This document shows, in pieces, positions 30,947-39,503 of a DNA stretch of 64,000 bases. Location of the stretch: contig JANOQI010000046.1 of the NCBI GenBank assembly GCA_031414775.1, forward strand, positions 64,001-128,000, written 5' to 3'. The notes beneath the pieces were generated by a model. The model saw only the letters and a program-made list of their open reading frames with translations. It made no database searches and was not told where the DNA came from. This DNA comes from Synechococcales cyanobacterium VAR_4_metabat_354 (GTDB lineage Bacteria > Cyanobacteriota > Cyanobacteriia > Cyanobacteriales > Chamaesiphonaceae). Both the position numbers and the translations under genes were made by a program. Every line of letters starts with the position of its first letter. Position 1 is the stretch's first letter.

Positions 30947-31564
30947 ATGATGTTAATGCAACGAGCTATTGGTATATTTTCAAGCTATGAAGCAACTGAA
31001 ACTGCCCTGCGGGAGCTAAAAGATCGTGGATTTTTGATGGATCGAGTTTCGATAGTAGGAAACGATATTAATCGTCACACTGAAGTTACAGGAGCCAATA
31101 CCAGCGGTCGGCTAGCAGATATTGGCAACATGGATAGCCATGATAACGAAGCTGAAGAAACAGCTCAAAAGGGCGCTGTAGCTGGTGGCACATTGGGAGG
31201 CTTAACTGGTTTACTGGTGGGCTTAGGGGCGATCGCCATTCCTGGTGTCGGTCCAGTAATGCTAGCTGGTGCAGCCGCAACTGCGATCGCCACAGCTATT
31301 TCAGGTAGTGTTATCGGTGCTGCTGCTGGTAGCTTGACTGGTGGACTAGTAGGTTTGCAGATTCCCGAAGACCGCGCCCAGGTCTATAGTGACCGGGTTT
31401 CCCAGGGTGATTATTTAGTAATGGTGGAAGGATCGGAAGCAGATATTGCTGTGGCTGAATCAGTTTTCAGTAAGCACCGCATTCATGAATGGTATGTTTA
31501 CGACTTGCATGGTGAATCGGTACCAACTGTGACCACAACTTTTCCTCCTCACCCACGTGCTTAA
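30947..31564 (+). CDS. General stress protein (YflT/17M-like, Gly-zipper)
   Basis: RAIGIFSSYEATETALRELK, GAVAGGTLGGLTGLLVGLG..IPGVGP, IPEDRAQVYSDRV..GDYLV; AGGAG RBS. Confidence 0.85.
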   Translation: MMLMQRAIGIFSSYEATETALRELKDRGFLMDRVSIVGNDINRHTEVTGANTSGRLADIGNMDSHDNEAEETAQKGAVAGGTLGGLTGLLVGLGAIAIPGVGPVMLAGAAATAIATAISGSVIGAAAGSLTGGLVGLQIPEDRAQVYSDRVSQGDYLVMVEGSEADIAVAESVFSKHRIHEWYVYDLHGESVPTVTTTFPPHPRA

Positions 31565-31611
31565 AAACTGAGCAGTAAATCAACCCAATAATTATAGTTA
31601 AGGATGACAAA

Positions 31612-32076
31612 ATGAACAAGTTTACTAAGGCAAACTATCCTCGGTTCTTACTGGTTGGCACCTTGCTGATGATCACGGTATCGGCCTGCAGTGAGACCAA
31701 AACAGCATCTGATGCACCTAGTTCGACAGACAACAATGGACAAGTCACCACAGCAGAAAATGGTAAAGTCACTCAAGATGATGGTCAAAGTGAAGTGCGT
31801 AAAAAGCAGCTAGAATCAGATATCCGAGCGCGGGAACAGCGAAATAACATAGGTGGTGATCCCCAAAAGCGCACGGAGGGAGATTTAGCCAGTGAAGTGC
31901 GCAGCAAGCTAGAGGCCAACATCCCTAGTAGTAAGCTTACGGTAGCTGCCAAGAACGCTGATATTACTGTATCAGGCGTGGTAACCAACAAAGATCAATT
32001 AGATAAAATCAAACCATTAGCAATGCAAATCAAAGGTGTGAATAGTGTCATAGTCAAAGCTGTCGTGACCCCATAA
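31612..32076 (+). CDS. BON-domain lipoprotein
   Basis: Lipobox VSAC; DLASEVRSKLEAN...ITVSGVV...IKGVNSV. Confidence 0.85.
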   Translation: MNKFTKANYPRFLLVGTLLMITVSACSETKTASDAPSSTDNNGQVTTAENGKVTQDDGQSEVRKKQLESDIRAREQRNNIGGDPQKRTEGDLASEVRSKLEANIPSSKLTVAAKNADITVSGVVTNKDQLDKIKPLAMQIKGVNSVIVKAVVTP

Positions 32077-32116
32077 AACTACTTCCTATTACTAGTCAAT
32101 AGCTAAGGAGCAAGTC

Positions 32117-32293
32117 ATGAACATAGCAGTGTTGGAACTCAGCTTAGAACAACAGTTTTCTCTAAAGCATTATGAGAATCAGGTTACAAAATTAAGCCCG
32201 GCTCAGGCTCAGGATTTTTTAATTGAAGTGCTGCGACAACTGATGGTCAAAGACAATGTGATTCGGTCATTGATGAAATCTGGGATTGGATAA
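32117..32293 (+). CDS. nblA: NblA-family phycobilisome degradation protein (missing from ORF track)
   Basis: AAGGAG RBS; MNIAVLELSLEQQFSLKHYENQVTKLSPAQAQDFLIEVLRQLMVKDNVIRSLMKSGIG* carries the LSLEQQF..LS..QAQ..L..QLMVKDN signature. Confidence 0.9.
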   Translation: MNIAVLELSLEQQFSLKHYENQVTKLSPAQAQDFLIEVLRQLMVKDNVIRSLMKSGIG

Positions 32294-32377
32294 GTGCTGG
32301 CTACCAAGACATTAGGCAGAAAAATCACCAAGTGTTTTCTACCTAATGCCAAGTACGAAAACAGTGTTGAAGAAAAT

Positions 32378-32456
32378 CTCTCTCCATTGACTCCAAATTT
32401 AAATACATAGTTCATCCACTTGAGGGAAAAGAATTTACATACTCGACTGATAAGCT
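32378..32456 (+). promoter_or_regulatory. Paired boxes plus -10 element (near copy of 29120-29197)
   Basis: CTCTCTC-CATT-GACTCCA; 33 nt later TTCATCC-ACTT-GAGGGAA; then 22 nt and TAAGCT. Confidence 0.6.
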
Positions 32457-32487
32457 ACTAAAGTCACCAGATTATGAGGAATTGGTT

Positions 32488-32757
32488 ATGAACATAATTG
32501 CCTGGATAGTTTTAGGTTTGTTAGCAGGCGCGATCGCCAAAGCGATTGTTCCTGGTCATCAAGGCGGTAGCTGGCTCTCAACAATGCTCTTAGGTGTCGT
32601 GGGCGCTTTCATCGGTGGTACACTACACACTTTCGCACAGACGGGAACCTTGCAATTAGCAGCGCCTGGATTGAGCATCCCTGGTGTGTTTGTCGCAGTA
32701 ATAGGCGCAATTATCGCCATTTTCCTTTACAGCATACTGTCTCGGAATAGTGCGTAA
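32488..32757 (+). CDS. GlsB/YeaQ/YmgE family membrane protein
   Basis: MNIIAWIVLGLLAGAIAKAIVPGHQGG...LGVVGAFIGG. Confidence 0.9.
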   Translation: MNIIAWIVLGLLAGAIAKAIVPGHQGGSWLSTMLLGVVGAFIGGTLHTFAQTGTLQLAAPGLSIPGVFVAVIGAIIAIFLYSILSRNSA

Positions 32758-32823
32758 ATCGTAGCTACAGATACACTTGTTTCTAAATTTCATCGTTGTC
32801 TATTAATTCATCAGGATCTTGAT

Positions 32824-33234
32824 ATGAAATACATTTCGGCATTGCTATCCTATCTACGCCCAGTGCAGCTAATAATGCCCATTTTACTTTCTACCGTACT
32901 GTTCTTTGCTAGCGGCTGTACGACAGAAGCTGCGAAGACTGCCCCAGTCAAAGGGATGGTAAAATTAGAAAATACTAATAATCGTCTTCAGTCAGGTGTC
33001 AAAAGCTCTGCCACTAAAGGTACAGTGCAGCTAGATGAAATTGAAAAAAAGGCCGAAGAGGCGATCGATTCCCCGGCAAATTCACTTAAAACTATTGAGG
33101 AGCGCTCTAAAGGAGCACTAAACGAAGTACAAGGTGATGCTGCGGATCATGACAAGATGAACCGCTCTAACGACCGCAAACTGCCGATAGTCAAGCAAAC
33201 TGAAAAAGCACTGAACAAAATTAAGAATGGTTAA
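32824..33234 (+). CDS. Hypothetical lipoprotein
   Basis: Lipobox-like FASGC; Lys/Glu-rich helical body with LNEVQG.AD..KM. Confidence 0.7.
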   Translation: MKYISALLSYLRPVQLIMPILLSTVLFFASGCTTEAAKTAPVKGMVKLENTNNRLQSGVKSSATKGTVQLDEIEKKAEEAIDSPANSLKTIEERSKGALNEVQGDAADHDKMNRSNDRKLPIVKQTEKALNKIKNG

Positions 33235-33323
33235 GGTTCAAAGCTGCTCAAGATTGATTGGGTAGACAAAGCTAATAATCTTGAGAAACGTTGCACCACT
33301 GAAACGATTGAGGAAAAAAGCAA

Positions 33324-33641
33324 ATGATGTTAACTCTCGATATTTCCGCACAGCTCCATGTGCAGTACACCCGCCTCAAAGCACAAATTTCCCAACTAGA
33401 TCGAAACCTGGCGACGCGCTACGGCCATCGCTACAATGAAGTTAAGCAAAAAATGGGTGGCAGTAAGGACTGGTATGAAAAGACTAAGTCTGAAGCTCAA
33501 AAGAGCGGCACCATTCCACTAGAGCAAAAGCAAGAAGAAACTAGCCACCAATTTGCCCAAGCTGGCTCAGCAGCAGCTCGTAAAGAGCAAGTTATTAAGC
33601 AGCAATTAAAAGAGCTGTGGCGCACCATCACAAATGGCTGA
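33324..33641 (+). CDS. Hypothetical coiled-coil protein
   Basis: 105-aa hydrophilic ORF with GAGG RBS inside the operon. Confidence 0.65.
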   Translation: MMLTLDISAQLHVQYTRLKAQISQLDRNLATRYGHRYNEVKQKMGGSKDWYEKTKSEAQKSGTIPLEQKQEETSHQFAQAGSAAARKEQVIKQQLKELWRTITNG

Positions 33642-33708
33642 GTACAAAATCACTGGCATCGCGTGGGTGGTTGATCGGAACCGTTATTTAAACAGTGGAT
33701 TGAAAATC

Positions 33709-33897
33709 ATGAAATTACTACACATAGCTCTCGGCATTTTGGTTCCGCCCGTTGGTGTCTTTTTAACCTTTGGGGTTGGTTCAACACTATTTATCAATAT
33801 TGGACTAACCTTGCTGGGCTGGGTACCAGGTAGTATTCATGCCGTTTGGGCGATCGTCAAGCAAGATCAAGATCTGGATAAGTCAGTTTACAAATAA
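33709..33897 (+). CDS. YqaE/Pmp3 family membrane proteolipid
   Basis: ILVPPVGVFL...INIGLTLLGWVPGSIHAVW; likely start ATG 33709. Confidence 0.9.
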   Translation: MKLLHIALGILVPPVGVFLTFGVGSTLFINIGLTLLGWVPGSIHAVWAIVKQDQDLDKSVYK

Positions 33898-33953
33898 AAT
33901 TGACAGTTTTAAACCAATGCTCATTTTTGCCAAGTCGTTTATTGAATTTAAAC

Positions 33954-34346
33954 ATGAATAGCAACATAGTTGGATATCTCATTACTACATTAGCAACAGC
34001 GTTAGGCTTGTTAATAGTTGACCTAGCTGTGCCGGGGGTAGACATTGCTAATTTTCCATCAGCATTACTGGCGGCCATTGCCGTCGGAACAGTTAATTCT
34101 GTAATTCGACCAGTACTTTCTGTACTGTCACTACCGATCAATTTTTTGACTCTAGGATTATTTTCACTGGTGATCAACGGCTTATGCTTTTGGCTCGCAT
34201 CTCTCTTTGTGCCTGGCTTTGTAGTAAGTGGCTTGTTCGCATTTATTTTGGGTCCGGTCATCTTATCATTCGCCAGTACTTTCCTGAATAATTACTTCGC
34301 TGAAAAGAAGATTGGTCAGTCCTCTCCCATCACTAGCAATAGCTAA
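33954..34346 (+). CDS. YvlD-like 4-TM 'phage holin' family membrane protein
   Basis: VNSVIRPVLSVLSLPINFLTLGLFSLVING. Confidence 0.88.
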   Translation: MNSNIVGYLITTLATALGLLIVDLAVPGVDIANFPSALLAAIAVGTVNSVIRPVLSVLSLPINFLTLGLFSLVINGLCFWLASLFVPGFVVSGLFAFILGPVILSFASTFLNNYFAEKKIGQSSPITSNS

Positions 34347-34433
34347 AGTTCTCAAAGTCTGCTCCAGAAGTTTGATAGCAACCAAAAAATCAATCTTCAG
34401 ATATAACTTCTAGCTTAAATCATCATCTTATGT

Positions 34434-34470
34434 CCCCCTAAAAATCGCCTCCAAGCTGATTTTTAGGGGG
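34434..34470. terminator. Stem-loop after the holin-like gene
   Basis: CCCCCTAAAAATC-N11-GATTTTTAGGGGG, a perfect 13-bp stem. Confidence 0.5.
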
Positions 34471-34644
34471 CAAACAATTGCAAAAATACCATTAAATTGA
34501 CTCGCCCTCAAAGTCAATCAGACCAAATCGAGAAAAGAATCCCCTTAATAATCAAAAAGCGGTAATCTAGCCAGTAAGGATGATACTAAAACAAAATCCA
34601 ACAATATCAAGCGTAGAATAAGACATTGAGGAAATTTATAAGCG

Positions 34645-35310
34645 ATGAAATCTAAAACCGCACCAACCATTGTTAAAGAAGAATATGACGATAACTTGAT
34701 TGATCGCCTATTTATTTGGCTATTTTCTCGCAAGATATCTAAAGCACTGGGCGCGGGAACCAATGTCAGCGGCTATGGCGGCTTCGTTGATTTATCGAAG
34801 CAAGTGATGCAGGGACGAAATGCCCAAGAGCAGCAAGTAATGATCGCCCAAGTGCTGCAATCGTTAGTACCAGCTCCAGTCTTGTGGGCAATCCGTACTT
34901 TTTCTTCCCCCACGCGCTTAGTATGCGTTCTGAATGCCTGGTTTGCTACTCGAATGTTTGTATGGTTGGTGGGGCCTTGCGAGGTAGCTGAAGCAAAGGT
35001 GGATTTGGCAGATGGGACGGTGCGGTCGCAACCATCGGCTGTCCAGATTGAAAAATGTCGTTACCTAGCAGATAGTGGCTGTGTCGGGATGTGTGTCAAT
35101 CTGTGCAAAGTACCGACCCAGAAATTTTTCACCGAAAAGTTTGGCATCCCCTTAACTATGACCCCAGACTTTGAGGATCTCAGTTGCAAAATGACTTTTG
35201 GACAAATAGCCTCTACACCAGAAACAGATGCTGCCTACAGTCAACCGTGCTTAGAACAACAATGTCCAACAGCGAGATTGACAGTAACTTTTTGTCCAAA
35301 ACTAAATTGA
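34645..35310 (+). CDS. DUF4033 / D27-like beta-carotene isomerase
   Basis: WLVGPCEV, KCRYLADSGCVGMCVNLCKVPTQKFF..FGIPLTMTPDFEDLSC.MTFGQ, QPC. Confidence 0.88.
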   Translation: MKSKTAPTIVKEEYDDNLIDRLFIWLFSRKISKALGAGTNVSGYGGFVDLSKQVMQGRNAQEQQVMIAQVLQSLVPAPVLWAIRTFSSPTRLVCVLNAWFATRMFVWLVGPCEVAEAKVDLADGTVRSQPSAVQIEKCRYLADSGCVGMCVNLCKVPTQKFFTEKFGIPLTMTPDFEDLSCKMTFGQIASTPETDAAYSQPCLEQQCPTARLTVTFCPKLN

Positions 35311-35447
35311 CGATATACTAGCATCAATAATGAACCAATCCAACCGAAATTTTCGGGAGCCACAAAGCAAGCTAGCGAATCGTTCCAGCCTTAACAAAAG
35401 CCAGCCTTACCAGCTTAAAGAATTATTAACCGTCGATCACAATTGAT

Positions 35448-35681
35448 TTAAAAATGGGAAGAGACTTCATCAGGGTAGTTGATTAAGTTATGTATTACTT
35501 CTACATCTTGTTCTGTTTTTTTAAGTGCGATCGACTGACAGGCTCCATAAATTGCCAATAGATAGCTCACTATCGATAACATCATCCATGAAAACATCTG
35601 CATTATCGACCACAGCACCGCACCAACTAGCAGAATCAACGAAATTAGGTTAGACGAATTTGTGTGAGTATTGGTTGTCAT
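35448..35681 (-). CDS. Small hypothetical membrane protein
   Basis: 77-aa ATG ORF with a long hydrophobic stretch. Confidence 0.45.
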   Translation of the reverse strand: MTTNTHTNSSNLISLILLVGAVLWSIMQMFSWMMLSIVSYLLAIYGACQSIALKKTEQDVEVIHNLINYPDEVSSHF

Positions 35682-35786
35682 AACTTTTAAAGTGAAATAG
35701 AAATTTCATTTCTTAGTGTTCCCAGTGAGACTCCAAAAATTACTCCAGCAAGAAATTTCTAGTGAATACCTCAATTTGTAGTATTA

Positions 35787-35801
35787 TGAGAATCATTATC
35801 A
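35787..35801 (+). promoter_or_regulatory. Zur (FurB)-type 7-1-7 box
   Basis: TGAGAATCATTATCA, 1 mismatch to TGATAATnATTATCA, 58 nt upstream of the metal SBP start. Confidence 0.7.
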
Positions 35802-35859
35802 TTTTATTGGCTTTTTGTAATCGTTGCCAGCAATTATAAATTCCCCCTGCGACATATTT

Positions 35860-36867
35860 ATGTTTCAACTTTCATCAGCTCACCGACGTACTATACAATC
35901 CTTACTAATAGCCGGGGTTTTATCAGGCTGTACTCCAGCCTCACCGCCAACTGATACGGCAAGTAGTTCTTCAGCGACTAGCCCTGTGTCCATCAATGAT
36001 CCAGCTAATAATAAAAAGCCCTTAGTAGTAGCTACCACCAGCGTCATTTGTGACTTAGCTAAAGAAATTGCCCAAGATACGATCGATCTAAAATGCTTGG
36101 TGGGAGCTGGCGCTGATCCTCATGTTTATCAACCAACCCCCGCCGATCGGCAAGCGATCGATAATGCTAAATTGATTCTCTACGCTGGCTATAACTTTGA
36201 ACCTAGTATCATTAAACTGGTGACAGCCAGTAAGAACCCAGCACCAAAAGTAGCAATCAATGAAGTTGCAGTTCCAGCTCCGCTCACGATGGAAGAAGAT
36301 GGCAAAAAAGAAACCGACCCCCACGTTTGGCACAATGCCCAAAATGGAGTCAAAATCATTACCGCCATTCAATCCAGTTTAGCTAAAGCTGTTCCAGCCC
36401 ATGCAGATAGTTATAACCAAAATGCTCAAGCGCTGACCACCCAGATTGGACAAGTGGATACCTGGATTAAAACTCAGATTGCCACTATTCCTAGTAAATC
36501 ACGGAAGCTAGTCACCACTCATGATGCCTTGGGATACTACGCGGATGCTTACAAAATCCCCGTCGAAGGAGCATTGCAGGGTCTTAGCACCGAGGAAAAA
36601 CCGACACCGGTCGGAATTAAGAAGTTAGTAGATGAAATCAAGAAAACTGGCGTACCCACAGTTTTTGGTGAGGTCACAGCCAGCTCGAAAGTGTTAGAGC
36701 AAGTAGCCAAAGAAGCTAAGGTTCAGATTTCTGTCCAACCACTGTTTGCTGATGGCTTGGGAGAAGCCGGGAGTACAGGTGAAACATATCAAAAAATGCT
36801 GGTGGCCAATACGAAAGCAGTTGTAGAAGGCTTGGGCGGCAAATTTCAACCATTTGTGGCTAAATAA
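35860..36867 (+). CDS. Metal (Zn/Mn) ABC transporter substrate-binding lipoprotein, ZnuA/TroA family
   Basis: Lipobox LSGC; ADPHVYQP, DPHVWH, THDALGYY, LFADGLG. Confidence 0.93.
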   Translation: MFQLSSAHRRTIQSLLIAGVLSGCTPASPPTDTASSSSATSPVSINDPANNKKPLVVATTSVICDLAKEIAQDTIDLKCLVGAGADPHVYQPTPADRQAIDNAKLILYAGYNFEPSIIKLVTASKNPAPKVAINEVAVPAPLTMEEDGKKETDPHVWHNAQNGVKIITAIQSSLAKAVPAHADSYNQNAQALTTQIGQVDTWIKTQIATIPSKSRKLVTTHDALGYYADAYKIPVEGALQGLSTEEKPTPVGIKKLVDEIKKTGVPTVFGEVTASSKVLEQVAKEAKVQISVQPLFADGLGEAGSTGETYQKMLVANTKAVVEGLGGKFQPFVAK

Positions 36868-36984
36868 TATTGGGAAAAGCTGAACGTTAGCGGATAGTCG
36901 ATCGCCATAAATCTGCTGGTAAGATAGAGCTGAAGACTTGCGTGCTTGCTATCCACCTCTAGCTGTTTTGCCGACATTTGCCTC

Positions 36985-38610
36985 ATGTCTAGTTCTCCTG
37001 TCCCGCGCTATCTCTGGGCTGCTGACCCCCAAGCAGCTTGGATTCCTCCCCACAAACTAGTAGAAGGACGCTACCAGGTCTTGGCACCGCAACTGTGGCT
37101 AGACACCAAAAGTAATGAGCGACCCGAAGCCCTCTGGCCACTGCCCGATCAAGCCTTACCCTATAACCACCTCAGTCGCTACCGTCTCCATTTGCCCCAG
37201 CTGTACGGTTTTTGTTTGCTGGGGAGGTCTGGCAAAAAAGCGGTAGAGATTCCGCTCCTAGATAATGTGCCGATCGAACCAAATGGCGAACTGATGCCAG
37301 CGCTCACTACCGCTTGGCCAAAAGCTTCAGCGCGGCAACAAGCCTACTGGCTATGGCAACTAATCAACCTCTGGCAGCCCTTAGTCGATATTGGCGTAGG
37401 CTATAGCCTACTACAACCCCACAACATTCGGGTGCAAGACTGGCGCATTCGTCTCTGTCAGCTGTCATCAGATCATCTCAATCCCAATGGTCGCAGTACC
37501 GTCAAAGGACTGGGTAGCACCTGGCACACCCTACTAGCTACTGCTCAACCAGCCTTAGCAGAGGTGATTTACCCCCTGTTTAATAACATGCAGGTGGGAA
37601 AAGTTTCTGCGTCAGATTTGGCGTTAGTAGTGAATCAATGTTTATTAGAACAGGCAGCCATGCTGCCCATCACCGTTCAAATTGCCGGTGGCACTGATAC
37701 TGGTAGCGATCGCCACAATGAAGACAGCTTCTATCCCAGCCGGTCTGACCCAGGTAATAATAACCTCTCTGATCATTTAGGAATAGTTTGTGATGGGGTG
37801 GCTGGTCATGAAGGTGGTGAAGTAGCCAGTCAAAGTGCTGTTCGATCGCTACAACTGCAAATGCCCGCCCTGCTTCATGATGTCGCTCAAGAAAGTGAGA
37901 TCATTACACCAAATCAAGTTATTGACCATCTCAAATCGATGGTGCGGGTGGTTAATAACCTGATTGCGCATCAGAACGATGAACAAAATCGGGAGGGCCG
38001 TCGCCGGATGGCCACCACCATGGTCATGGCCTTACAGCTTCCCCAACAAATTCCCACTAACCGGGGCATGGGAAACTCTCATGAAATTTATATTGCTCAT
38101 GTGGGTAATAGCCGTGCTTATTGGCTGACTAAGCAATCTTGCCAGCAATTAACGGTGGATGACGATGTGGCGCAACGGGAAATTAGGCAGGGGAAGAGTA
38201 TGCCTTGGCAGGTACAAGGGCGGATGGATGCTAGTTCGCTGACTCAAGCCTTAGGAATTCGCGCTGGGGAAGATTTAACTCCCATGGTGCAACGATTGAT
38301 CGTCATAGAAGATGGAATTTTACTACTATGCTCCGATGGTTTAAGCGATCGACAGCTCATTGAAAAATCTTGGCAAAATTATGTGCCCCAGATTCTCGAC
38401 GGCCAATTACCCTTGGCAGAGGCCGTCCAAAACTGGATTCAGCAGGCCAGGCAAGAAAATGGCCATGACAATATTTCTTTAGTGTTAATGTTTTGCCAAA
38501 TCACTAACCCCGATGAAGTGTTTCAACCAGAAATCTCGGTAACAGTGCCGCTCCCTTCCTCTGGGTATCGGTTTTTTAACTTACTCAAACGTTTTATCGG
38601 AATAGAATAA
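36985..38610 (+). CDS. PP2C-family Ser/Thr phosphatase with N-terminal kinase-like domain
   Basis: HNEDS, VCDGVAGHEGGEVAS, LTQALG, LLCSDGL, GHDNIS; note HVGNSR in place of HVGDSR. Confidence 0.88.
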   Translation: MSSSPVPRYLWAADPQAAWIPPHKLVEGRYQVLAPQLWLDTKSNERPEALWPLPDQALPYNHLSRYRLHLPQLYGFCLLGRSGKKAVEIPLLDNVPIEPNGELMPALTTAWPKASARQQAYWLWQLINLWQPLVDIGVGYSLLQPHNIRVQDWRIRLCQLSSDHLNPNGRSTVKGLGSTWHTLLATAQPALAEVIYPLFNNMQVGKVSASDLALVVNQCLLEQAAMLPITVQIAGGTDTGSDRHNEDSFYPSRSDPGNNNLSDHLGIVCDGVAGHEGGEVASQSAVRSLQLQMPALLHDVAQESEIITPNQVIDHLKSMVRVVNNLIAHQNDEQNREGRRRMATTMVMALQLPQQIPTNRGMGNSHEIYIAHVGNSRAYWLTKQSCQQLTVDDDVAQREIRQGKSMPWQVQGRMDASSLTQALGIRAGEDLTPMVQRLIVIEDGILLLCSDGLSDRQLIEKSWQNYVPQILDGQLPLAEAVQNWIQQARQENGHDNISLVLMFCQITNPDEVFQPEISVTVPLPSSGYRFFNLLKRFIGIE

Positions 38611-38622
38611 TGGAGAAAAACA

Positions 38623-39480
38623 ATGATATCTAGGCTTGTTCTACTACTCATCCTCATCGGCCTCATGGCTTGTGGAAACAGCGTTCAGCAAGCTTTTGCT
38701 CCTGATCCACTTCTCCTACCCAAAACAACAACGGCTACAGTGCCAGAGCCGACAGTTAGTCCCAGTGCAGAAACTTTGCCAGCAAGCACATCTAGCCCTG
38801 AACCTAGTACCAATTCTTCAGTGGTAACGCCTAGTCCATCTAGTAATGATTACTTGGCGGAGTTAAGCGAGCTGGGAGTATTGTCACCCACCGAAGCCAA
38901 ACAGCCACCTAGTACGATCGTTAATAGGCGACAATACGCTCACTGGCTGGTAGCCGCCCATAATAAAATTTATCAAGCCAACCCTAGCCAACAGCTCAAA
39001 CTGGCGACTGCTGATACTCAGTCATCCTTTACTGACGTACCAGCTAATCATCCTGATTTTATTGCTATTCAGAGCCTAGCCAATGCTGGAATTATTCCAA
39101 GCACGCTTAGTGGCAGCAACCGCTCCGTTGCATTTCAGCCAGATTTGCCCTTGACCCGCGAAGAACTGATTTTGTGGAAAGTACCTTTAGATAATCGTCA
39201 AGCTTTACCGAATGCCTCCGTGACAGATGTGCAGAAAAATTGGGGCTTTCAAGATACAGCTAAAATCTCACCAGCCATGCTGTCATCGCTGTTGGCTGAT
39301 CATCAAAATGGTGATAAATCCAATATCCGCCGCGCTTTTGGCTACACAACCTTATTTCAACCACAAAAACCTGTTACTCTAGCAGAATCTGTTTCAACGA
39401 TTTGGTATTTTGGGACTAATGATGGTAGATCAGCCCATGATGCAATTATCAATACATCCACTCCCTCCCCATCCTCTTAA
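38623..39480 (+). CDS. SLH-domain lipoprotein
   Basis: Lipobox LMAC; FTDVPANHPDFIAIQSLANAGII, FQPDLPLTREEL, FQPQKPVT. Confidence 0.85.
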   Translation: MISRLVLLLILIGLMACGNSVQQAFAPDPLLLPKTTTATVPEPTVSPSAETLPASTSSPEPSTNSSVVTPSPSSNDYLAELSELGVLSPTEAKQPPSTIVNRRQYAHWLVAAHNKIYQANPSQQLKLATADTQSSFTDVPANHPDFIAIQSLANAGIIPSTLSGSNRSVAFQPDLPLTREELILWKVPLDNRQALPNASVTDVQKNWGFQDTAKISPAMLSSLLADHQNGDKSNIRRAFGYTTLFQPQKPVTLAESVSTIWYFGTNDGRSAHDAIINTSTPSPSS

Positions 39481-39503
39481 ATTCTGTTGCTGTTGATCAT
39501 CTA

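Noticed and set aside
32209..32415. 68-aa minus-strand ORF
   Set aside because: Overlaps nblA antisense and the promoter boxes
33954..34346. Holin as evidence of a prophage
   Set aside because: YvlD-like family is common in chromosomal stress loci; no phage genes nearby
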